Part shown: positions 25,162 to 38,773 of the stretch, in pieces | Layout: every line of letters starts with the position of its first letter | Numbering within the stretch: position 1 is the stretch's first letter | Source: Syncephalis fuscata S228 | Lineage: Eukaryota > Fungi > Zoopagomycota | Direction of reading: 5' to 3' | DNA: 64,000 bases | NCBI GenBank assembly: GCA_025786725.1 | Contig: JAHLTZ010000026.1 | Coordinates: 186,001 to 250,000, forward strand | The notes under the pieces: generated by a model | What the model saw: only the letters and a program-made list of their open reading frames with translations | What the model was told of the DNA's origin: nothing | Databases searched by the model: none | Position numbers and translations under genes: made by a program

Positions 25162-26546
25162 ATGCATTTGCCATTGAAGATATCGATGCTGGTTTGGATG
25201 GTGGCATTGCTGTTGCATCATCTACTGCCACGGCAGCCAGTGGCACCACCATATTGGCTACTTCAGCTTCGTTAGCCGCACCAACACCATCTGCCTATGC
25301 ACAACCAGAACATTTTAATCCCAATGCTGGCTATGGCTTTGGCACTAAGGCCATTCACACCGGTCAACATCCAGATCCAGCAACCGGTGCCGTTATTCCA
25401 CCCATTTCTCTCTCGACCACCTTCCGCCAATCAGCCGTGGGTGTCCATCAAGGATTCGAGTACTCGCGATCTGATAATCCAACCCGTCATGCTTTTGAGG
25501 AAGCAGTGGCTGCATTGGAGGGTGGCCAACATGGTCTAGCCTTTGCTTCGGGTAGCGCGGCCACAACGACAGTAATGCATGCATTGCCGCGTGCTAGCCA
25601 TGTCATTAGTATCAATGATGTTTATGGTGGTACTTACCGTTTCTTTACCAAAGTGGCAACCGCACTTAGCCACGACATTACCTTTGTTGATTTAACAAAC
25701 GTCGACCATCTCGAAAGCTATTTCCGCGATAACACCAAACTTGTATGGATCGAGACCCCTACCAATCCAACACTTCGCTTAGCAGACATTGCTGCTGTTG
25801 CCGAAGTTGCCCATCGACACAATGCACTCGTGGTCGTGGACAACACCTTCCTATCGCCTTATTTCCAACGTCCCCTCTCTTTGGGTGCCGATCTAGTTGT
25901 TCATTCGGGTACCAAGTATTTGAACGGTCACTCGGATGTAGTTATTGGTGTGGCAGTGACCAATGATGGCGCATTGGCTGAACGTCTACGTTTCTTGCAA
26001 AATGCACTTGGTGCTGTGCCATCAGCATTCGACTGTTTCCTTGCGAATCGTGGTCTAAAGACACTGCACGTACGTATGCGTCAACATGGCCATAATGCTT
26101 TGGCTGTTGCTCGCGCACTTGAGGCCCACCCTGCTGTTGAACAGGTCATTTATCCAGGTCTTGAATCACATCCACAGCACGAATTGGCCAAACGCCAACA
26201 ACTCGGTTTCGGCGGTATGGTCACTTTCCGTGTTCGTGGTAACCTTGCTACCTCTGAACGTTTCCTTTCGGCCGTTAAGATTTTTGTACTTGCTGAAAGT
26301 TTGGGTGGCGTTGAGAGTCTATGCGAGTTGCCTTCACTTATGACTCACGGTTCAGTATCGGCTGAAGACCGCGCCAAGCTCGGTATTACCGACACGTTAA
26401 TTCGTCTATCGTGCGGTATTGAAGATACGGAGGATTTAGTCGCTGATATTAATCAGGCATTGGCCGTTGCTGCACCCGAATTTGCTCGTGAATTCGATGC
26501 TGTATCGACGACCAGCAGCAACGACGAACCTATTGGCTCTCGTTAA
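25162..26546 (+). CDS. CYS3: Cystathionine gamma-lyase (PLP-dependent transsulfuration enzyme); body intronless, start uncertain
   Basis: FGTKAIHTGQ, YSRSDNPTR, VWIETPTNP, VVVDNTFLSP, HSGTKYLNGHSDV (PLP lysine), LAESLGGVESL. ATG 25162 joins the frame if one C is added (MHLPIEDID). Confidence 0.92.
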
Positions 26547-26810
26547 AACGCATATGTAGATAGAGTGGTAGCATTTTGTTGCTGGCTACTACTTTCCATC
26601 ATTTGCGACTTTTATTATTCATGCGTACTCCTTTGGTGTTTATATTTTTAATATTTAGTCTTTACAGGCCGATTACCAGCGTTATATATATATCTATATA
26701 TATACACACATAATAAGCGATTTTCTATTTTGTTACTGCCATTAATTCAACATTTACTGTAGTTGACAATAAACAGTTTCAATAATTTATTCATTTATAT
26801 TATTTTGTTC

Positions 26811-28988
26811 TTATATAGAATTGGTATGATATTGCATCAAATTGACCAAGTATTGTTCATTTGTGCGTATATACTCGCCCATCTGATGCATCCATCGAGC
26901 CAAATTGCCATTCGTCGTTGCTACAATATTGTTGTGCATTGCTGGCTGGTGTGTATGACGTGCTGCGTCCCATGCTTTATTTAATAACGCGATAATCTGC
27001 TGTATGTTTGCTGGTTTGTCGTTATTGGGATCTATACACATAATAGCGAGTTTTGCTGCTGCGTAAAGTCGAATACTAACTACAGGATGCCATAATATAT
27101 GACGTACTTGCCATTACGTGGAACTAATAGTAGAGATTGATAAGCATCAAGCAATTCTTGAGCCATCTCATACGCCAATGGCCATTCAGATGATGTCAGA
27201 GCACGTGTATATCGTTGCTGTGCCGCTTTACGACGTAGATGATGTTCTAGTACTAAATGGCGTTTGTAGATTGTATGAATTTCTGCAAGTTTTGTATCAT
27301 CCATTGATTCTATAACTAGTTGGTTAATAAATAAATAAAATATACAAAGTGATGTAATAACTTGCCATCAGACTGAGATAAGCGTGTTTTATCAATAAGA
27401 TCGGTTATTCTGTTCAGCTGACTTGACTCAACACTACTATCACACTGATTGCATCTGTTTGTGGATTCACCATGCTGTTGAATAAATCCACCACACTGTT
27501 TTGGACACTGCAATGCTTCACAAATATCCGTGTCCATCTATTATAATAGTATTTAATCAACCATTTCGCGTATTATGTTATCATCATCATCATCAACTTA
27601 CTTTACATCGATCACAGTTACAAGTAAAAAGTAATTACTTTTAGTTCATGTTGTCGAGTGGTCGTTGGCATAGTAACATCGATATAGTTGATGGTAAGCT
27701 AATAAACAATCTATTAAAGGCTATTCATTAATACACTATTATTGTTCACCTCTTCATTTTTATCTATCGTATGTAGCGATCTTACAATTGCTATTGTTCC
27801 ATCAAATACAACAGTGCAATTTGGACGACATGATGGTTTAGTTGAGAAAGACCTGGATAAATGCCAACGCCTACATCTTCTAGTTCAGCATCTAGAATAG
27901 CATGGCTATTACAGCCAAATCGACACCAATACTCTATTAAATCGGTGGCCGACCCGGGTAATTCAGCAGTATCTATTAATTCAGCGACATTAAGACTTAA
28001 ACGAGTATAGCTTTCTAAAGTAGTTGCTGACTGGAGTTGCCTATCTAAATATTTAACAAATACAATTATTAAGGTATAATACTGAATATAAATAAATGTA
28101 TCAAGGATACGTCCTACAAGACTATGAAATATCATTTTCTGTATATAACATTAGTAACTACGTTATAGATTATGTATAAATAGCTTACTAATAGTGGATC
28201 TGAATGCTGCAGTCTTAGTAGACGAGCCATAGCACGCGTAGGTGCATCAGCCAATGTTTTTGTATTTAACTTTCGTAATGCAGTACATTCACGTTTATGT
28301 AGCTTCCAATCAGCGCGTTGACAGGTCTTTACCAAAAGATTAATATATATATATACATATATACGCACGTAATAAAAATATAATTACTTACAGTTGAACA
28401 GTAATATAATCGTTCACAACCAGTACATCGACGTAATGAACTATCATTACAAAAACAATGGCTACAGTAATTGGCCAATGTTTTTGTATATAAAACAGCC
28501 ACCGCAGCTGGCTCGGTTAGAACAACCGTTCCTGCAGCCAACAATGCTTTTGCGTAAATACCACGACCTTTTCAACCACACTTCTAAGCTTAATAGAACA
28601 TGTGCAATACTGGTAAGTTGCGTGGCAAGCGCAGTGTCGTTTTCATCAGACATTGGCTTTGGTATATCATTCGATTGATATGTAGCATCTATTGCTATAT
28701 CCTTTTCAGTAGCATGGCTATTCTGTTCTATAGAAGCTGTACTTTTACTCTTATTACTCTATCATAATAAGCTACAGTCGGCAAACAAGTTAATAACTAT
28801 CTTACAAGTTGTTTCTTGTGCTTTTGTCGTCTAGTCGAATCTACCGTGTCCATTTCCTCACCAAAACTTAGTAGAGTTAGATTTGCTCTGACTGTTTCAA
28901 GATTCAAGCTAGAGCTATTCTCTCTCGGCTTTTGCTTCTTTTCGTCATTAGACGCATGTTTTCTTCGAATTGCACTTTTAGGTGGCAT
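26811..28988 (-). CDS. SET and MYND domain (SMYD) lysine methyltransferase, multi-exon, frameshifts
   Basis: GRGIYA, CSHCF..LRRCTGC..YYCS..CQRADWKLHKREC (MYND), GIYPGLSQLNH, LTINYID, post-SET C-x-C-x2-C, C-terminal HPVVSIRLYAAAKL. GC-AG intron at 27316-27365. Confidence 0.88.
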
Positions 28989-29334
28989 TATAATAAAAAA
29001 ATGATAGAAATTGCTGTAACTATACATAATTTAATAGCAATGATCTATTTTTGTACTATCCATCTATCTATTATTTGGTCTTGTGGGCCAATGTTTTACT
29101 CTCGTGGTATATGAATAGTAACGCCTATCATCATTATATTGGTACTAGTCTTTTTGCATTACTTTACAATCAAACAGCCAAATCATAATTATTCGAGCTT
29201 AATACTTTATTAGCAAGTGTTTCGTTATGCAACGATCAATGTTTAATATCAGCAATCAATTGTTAATAACGATACCTGTCTCAGCACTTGATAATACCAT
29301 GCTAAAATAAATAAACCCATTCCAGTGACTAAAC

Positions 29335-29731
29335 TGTAATACCAAATTGAATAATGTGTGGACCAATTGCTATTTTTCATACTTTAAGAAAAACATGGTT
29401 AACTTATGCACAAAATCAATTACATGTAAAGCAGCATAATTCAATGCATTGATATTACTGTTATTTTGGCGTTAAGCATTCTTTAAAATGTATCCAGATA
29501 TTGGAAAGATTGAGTTTGTTAGTAAAAATAATGGTAGAGGCATAAGTGGTATATCATCATTGTTTCTGTAAAATCAATAGATTCAGCTTGTGTCGTATGG
29601 TTGTGTAGTATCATAATACACGTTAATAGGTGCATTTCTACTACATTTATACTGGATGATGACAGTGCTACGTCATCAGCGTAAATACTGAACAGGTTAA
29701 AAAGGATTGGCTGCATAATAGCATACTGTCG
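29335..29731 (-). mobile_element. Degenerate non-LTR retrotransposon reverse-transcriptase fragment
   Basis: RQYAIMQPILFNLF-SIYADDVALSSSS (RT motifs QG..LSPxLFN and YADD with the spacer deleted), then SFQYLDTF (FKYLG-like) and IGPHIIQFG (thumb-like) in the correct order. Confidence 0.65.
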
Positions 29732-29996
29732 ATATATTAATATAAGTACGCTTTAAACTATTACTTGTATGTATTTTATTGGTTATATTATACGCCAATG
29801 TCATAGTTAGTAAAATGCATCATATTAATATTTCGGTATAACCACAGACATAAATAGGTCATACAATACATATAAATAACTAGTGGCATTAACAGCACAC
29901 TCTACTTTCTTCCAAATACACACACTTTATTATTCACTACTCTATTTTACCGCATTTTGTCTATTTCAATTGCTTGTTTAACAAATCAATACTATT

Positions 29997-30101
29997 ATGA
30001 AACTTTCTATTGTCGTCATCTGTACCATCATCGTAGTTTTTGTGGTCAATACAGCCATGGCGAGTGCTATGTCTGCTCAATGCCGTTTTCGTGTGTTGTA
30101 A
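29997..30101 (+). CDS. Putative secreted micropeptide, 34 aa (MKLSIVVICTIIVVFVVNTAMA-SAMSAQCRFRVL)
   Basis: Classic signal peptide with AxA cleavage site, TATAAA at 29871, pyrimidine-rich leader, A-rich downstream region; below the ORF-track size cutoff. Confidence 0.55.
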   Translation: MKLSIVVICTIIVVFVVNTAMASAMSAQCRFRVL

Positions 30102-30322
30102 TTACTATAGATATACAAACTTATTTTATAAACAAGAAAACAAGGTACAAATAAAATCATAAAAAGCAATTTAAAAAATAGCTCTGATAATAAAACACAC
30201 ATAAATATGTAACATAAAAATTAATTGTATACGGGTTTATTATTCAATTTACTCATTGAATACTGTCTAAAAGAATAAACATCTTCATTATCAGGCTAAA
30301 TGTAACAGTAGTAAAAATACAA

Positions 30323-31245
30323 TCAGCTTGCTGATGGTATGACAAAGTTGTCTTCTTCGTTGGCCATAAGAGCAGCCATGCGCTCACCTTCTTTGACGAC
30401 TACAATACTGGCTGTAGCCAAGACCTCGGGTTTGGCAGTCGTTTCAATGTCGCTCAACAAAGCCTCGTCCTTTTTCAAGTAGCGTTTCATCTGGACACTG
30501 CTTAATGACAGTCCACAGCGCTCATAAAAGCCAACATTGTGCTCAGCACAGTTCAGCAGCAGCTTGTAGCATCCTAGTACGGTTGCCATATGGGTAAGCT
30601 GTTTGATAATGCTAAATAGTATAATAAAAGACACAATTAATTATAGTAGGCTGTATACGTGTGCCGTGCTGTCATGGTACCTACCGCGCGCCAAATCCTG
30701 TACCACGTTGCTGTGCATCAACCACGATGTCCTCAATATGGCCAGCCTAGATCCACAATATGAAACAGATACTTTATCAATACAGATAACGCATGATCAT
30801 TCCGATACCACCACTTACGCTTGAACAGCCACGAAGAAACTTTTGTTCTATAACCAGTGTACCAGTGGCGACAATCTTATGAATACGCACGTCTTCAATT
30901 ACTATGACAAGTGTACTGCCATGTCTGCGCATTAGATTGAATTGAGCTATATTATTAATAAATCAGTTAGCTATAGCGATCCTATAGTCTTTACGTATAT
31001 ATCTATATACTTGCCAGTAAACTGCTCACGGGTCACCTTTCCTACTTCGGCCAGCTGTTCCAAGCAAACGAGATAGCCTACAAGCAATGTGAGTAACTGA
31101 CTCGTTGGCGGCTTAGTATGTCATCTCCTTGCCTACCTTTATCGTAATCCTCTACCGCCAAGGGTCTCATTTCGAACCCGGTTGGCATCTGGGCAAGTAT
31201 ATCGGCACAGAGTATGCTTGCGTCAAAGAGTGATGAGATAGCCAT
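30323..31245 (-). CDS. GNA1: Glucosamine-6-phosphate N-acetyltransferase, 5 exons
   Basis: RPLAVEDYDKGYLVCLEQL, IVATGTLVIEQKFLRG, GHIEDIVVDAQQRGTGFG, GCYKLLLNCAEHNVGFYERCG. GC-AG intron at 30947-31014. Confidence 0.92.
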
Positions 31246-32525
31246 GTTGTTGCAAACTGAAAATAGAATAATGAACGATGAAATGCGACGAGAGAATGAA
31301 CGATGTATAAAGTAGCAATAGAGGTAATAGAGTGTAGAAAGAGAATAAGAAGCAGCAGACAGTTAAGCGCGACAAGACTTGCTTAAATCCAAGGTTTCAA
31401 GGCTCTATCATCAACAATTGGCCGTGTTATATAAATCCTTTTAGTGTAGATGTGCCATGCGAGCCTCGTTGGCATGCATTATTAGCGTGTATAGTCCAGA
31501 CTGTGACTGGTGGTTTACCAGTTAACCTTGATACCATTAATCAGTGCTAATTATGGCACAGTAGCTATTCGCTCATTCATTTTCCCGTTCCCTTAGCATT
31601 TCCCGTCTATATTTATTAATATTTACTTGTATATTTATATTTTAATGCCTTTGTAGCCTTTCTAGTCTATTTGTCCCATGAATCTGCCCATGCGATGTGG
31701 TGTGTGTGTGTGTGATGAACATATGGCGGCGTTCCTCTCTCCCCCATGACTGTTAAACGACGTCATATTACTCGCTCTCCTTTTCTACGACTCCAAACTC
31801 TCCTTTTCCAGTTCCTTTACCTGCTTATCAATTCATTCACTGTTATTAATATTGTTTAGTGGACACTTTTTGTAAGACTGTGTCGTCGCTGACGACATAC
31901 CCCGCATCATATTGCTTGCTACTTACTAGGGTCGCCATTGTTACCTTGGTGACAGTCGTGTTAACAACGCTGTTTCTATACGGCAGTACACATTGATAGA
32001 CGACACCAGTCATTTATTATTTTTCGTCTTAGGTACTGTCGAGTTGCGTATTTGTTGTAATCTTAAGTTTGTTGTCATTACTGTCGCTGTCGTCATTCTT
32101 TTTGTTGTTATTGTTGTTACTGGCAGTCTTTGTCTCTAGTTGCTGTCAGTGTTTGTTTCAATCCATTGACGGAGTTTGATTTACTTATTTACAGTAACTG
32201 TAATCAAAACAAGAATCCACCATTTATCACAGTCACTATCATTGAGTAGTGTCATTGTTGGTGTGTACACTTACCGACTTGATCGGTCAGTTATATTCTA
32301 CGGCAAATTGCCATACTGTAGAATTATTAGCCAAATAGTGAACGGTCACACGTCTTAATTGCGCTATCGGGTGTTATCAATACTCCTTTAACGGTTATTA
32401 CTAATTGCCCGATAGATTGTACAACACTTAAGCGGTTGGGTACTTTGCTTTGTCTACTTAATACTGCCTATTTGATTGTCTATCTATCTATCTATTTGTC
32501 GGTTACTCATCTCTATACTGGTACA

Positions 32526-35319
<2,794 letters not shown>

Positions 35320-35487
35320 TATATCATTACCAAACCATGCCCTTTTACTACATGTACTCTTAGATTAAAAATAAATAATGCGTATCAATAGTATATTTCT
35401 TTAGAATAAATCACTCATCATTTTTACATTTAATAATGGGTATTTTAATTTTAATATAATTACTATACTAGAAACTAGAATGAAAGC

Positions 35488-37717
35488 TTAAAACGGTGCA
35501 CTGAAATCATGTATAATTAGTCGTCGGTGCTTATCAATGACCGGTATATGAGTGGCACTTGAGTGAAGATCGCGAGAAACACCGTTTTCTTCAGTTGATA
35601 AATGGCGAATGGGCCGGCCTGTCTCGACATCTATTAAGAAGGCATGCCATCGATCACGGTGTCGATGATTGACGAGTACTAATGGGCCCACCACTACCAT
35701 AGTATGACGATAGGCAAGCGGTGCAAATCGATGAAGCGTATGACCATTACGAATGTCTATAATTACAGTTTGCTGTACACCTGATATAGCAGTGGCCGAA
35801 GAAGTAGTTGAAGTGGCCGAAGAAGAAAGATTTGAAGAAGAAGCAGGAGAAGCAGAAGAGGAGAAACAGAAGAAGTAGCAGAAACAGAGGCAAAATTAGT
35901 CGTAGCACATTGGTTGTTGATGTAGTTGCTGGTTGTGTATCAACGATGGACTCAATATACGTCTCTGTATTAGCAGTATTTGTAGTTGTAGTTGTAGCAT
36001 TATTCGGCCAAATAGATTGCATTACTGGATTGTTGGTAATCATTGTAGAATTTAATAAATTACTTAGTTCCACTATAGCGTTTGGTTGATATTGATGGTC
36101 ATTAGTATTAAATGCTGATAATGGAACAGAATCCGATGCAAATGCTAGTGTATGATAGGTAGATAGAACACTAAACATTGGATTGCCATCAGCAAATGGA
36201 TGAAGTTGTAGTGTAGATGGTACTGTTGCTGTAATTGTTGCAGCTGTCGTAGTAGCAGTAGTGGTGGTGGTGGCTGCAGCTGTTTCCATTGAAGGTGAGG
36301 ATAATGTTGATGATATTGATTCAAGATCAAGTAGTGTTGTTGATGATTCATTAACTAAATCTTCCGGCTCATAGGCATCTATCATTAATAGACCATGGCC
36401 CATAATAAGATTGCCTGGTGCATCTGCTGATCGTCGAATCCATTTCATTTTGTTATTACGTGTCGATAATACCATTTCCCATTTTGAGTTTTCTTGTACA
36501 GCAAGTGTATAAATACAATCATCTTCTGATTCTGCCATACGCATGGTCCAAATATAATCGATAGTGCCTATAATTGGTATTTTAATAACACCACGTCTTA
36601 TACAGGCAGGTGGCCTTTTAGATGCTTTATGATTGCTATAAAGTACCCATTGCTCCCAGGCTAGACTTTCATCTTCTTGGGCATCAACAAGAAATACCGA
36701 TACTTGAGTATCATCTATATGGCCTGTACCGCTTCGCGAATTGGGTTGGATGTGAATACAGCCAGCACGGGCCTCTAATAAAAGTACTGGTTCATTACGT
36801 GAATCCAAAGATAGATCATGGATGAAGAACAGATCTTTGGGACGTTGTCGCGATGAATCATTGCTGTTAAAATGGCTATTGTCGGCACTGGCAAAGAGTG
36901 ATTGAGTCGGTTCGTGACTTATACTTTTACCGTCGGCCATCCATAGCAGCCAACGTCCATATAGATCAACGATAATCGAGTCGTATCCTTGTGGTAGCTC
37001 CCAGTGACCAAGCAACTGTCCTCTAGGATCATCCCAGCGCCATACGCACATAACATCTTCGTCTGGATTGACTAGCATAGCGACCAGGACGACGTACTGA
37101 TCGTTGATGTGAACATAATGCGGCTTATTCACAAATGAATAGGGTGCCATACGAATTTGCTCGAATTTACCAAAGTGTAACTGCAAAGGAGTGGCATTAG
37201 GCCGATTTTCAACCAAGTACAAGGTATTTGTGCGGGACTGCATGTGACATAGCAGACAGCCGGCAGCCGATGCGGCCAATATAAGACCATGCCACCAATC
37301 GGTACGTTCTTCTTCGTTATCGTTGTCGCCGTCGTCGTATGATATACCGGGAAATGTGACCACATGACGTGTTGAATTGCCAGTACGCCAGTTCTTTTCG
37401 AGTAAATAGCGCCGATGGAAAAGATCAAGCCAGTTTATCTCGATTGCCGAAATAGTAGTTGCTTTGTCGATTGAGCAGCCGCGTTGACGAGAGAGCAGCC
37501 AAAGATATAGCTTGCACTCACGATCACAAGGTGGAAATGCCGAATGATAAAAGCGACGCCAAATGAATACGCCATTCTCGCGCGATAGCAGTGCATATAG
37601 CGTACGACAGGTACGTATCAGTCGTAAGGCTGTATGCCAGTCAAGACGACGCACAATATCATCACGCAGCTCGACCGGTAAAGTGATAAGTCGTGCTGTA
37701 GAGCCGTGTGCCGTCAT
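35488..37717 (-). CDS. Intronless F-box protein with divergent C-terminal (probably beta-rich) domain; frameshifts near 35900
   Basis: N-terminal F-box (LITLPVELRDDIVRRLDWHTALRLIRTCRTLY), WLDLFHRRYLLEKNWRTG linker; the frame continues into ORF 35488-35700 ending IIHDFSAPF. Confidence 0.8.
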
Positions 37718-38773
37718 TGGCAAGTAATATTTCTGTACAATGTGGTGATTTGTTTATAATGATTGTCGTTGATGTAAATGTTGTTAGTTTGGACTATTGA
37801 AGAAAAGAATATGCCGCTTAAAGGAGCTAGAAAGACAAGGTTGAAAGTGTATCAAATCAATGTGAGTGTATAAATTTTAGGACCGGTTTACTTGCCGCTA
37901 CCAAACGTGCGAACGCTCAAATGTGAAATGGCCGATGCAGTATTACTATGTGTTGTTTGTGCGTGTATTTAGTTCATAGGCCATATTCTGACCACTAATA
38001 CGTAACGATTACGAGTAATCCACATTATAGCTGGATACGGTGCTTATTAATACACAATAAATGAACTTTACTTTTATTATTATACTGGAAGGTATTGGTA
38101 AGCTATGAATTAGAAGTTATTTTTTAATTGTGTTGAGCATAAAACAATAGAAGCTTAAATGAACAGACAAAGAAAGTGTATAGATATTGGTAATACAGTA
38201 TAGTATGTGTACGACAAGGTGAATCCAATTGAAATGTGTAAAGAACATAACTAGTAGTAAATAGACGACTTTATCAATACAGTATGGATATTGTAGAGTA
38301 AATGAACAAAAGATAATACGCAAATTATAATAGCAAAGTTATAGCAATAAGATGAAAAGTGAAAATAAAGAATACAATGCGTTAGCATATAATAAATACA
38401 GTAGGCAATAAAAAGTAGCTTTTATTATCGCTATTATGTGCCCAGTATATAATAAAACGATGTATCCACACATCTCTCTATTTTTCTATTAGAATGGATA
38501 TACAATGAGAAAGTGTAAATAGTAGTGTTCAGTTTACAGCTTAATAAGTGATATGAGTTAAATTTATAATTAAATACTAATAAATCATACCTTCTTGGTA
38601 TTAAAAGTTAAATATAATTCTATGTTTCTGTATGCATATATTGTACTTCGCTTTCTAGTTGCACACTATTTCTCACATTGCTTGATTCTTGCTCAATTTA
38701 CTTGTTACTTTAATTAGAGCTGTAATAACTTGCATATAGGCTGTCTAGGCGCAGATATCCAGCTATCTACGCC

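Noticed and set aside
25071-25170. Non-AUG (TTG) start or N-terminal hydrophobic extension of CYS3
   Set aside because: One missing C after ATG 25162 restores MHLPIEDID, matching the assembly's error pattern; an upstream exon using the acceptor at 25160 is the other ordinary explanation.
35747-35900. Hydrophobic Leu/Phe-rich tail on the F-box ORF as a membrane anchor
   Set aside because: It is the shifted-frame reading of a Ser/Ala-rich (TCT/GCT) tract; the real frame continues to 35488.
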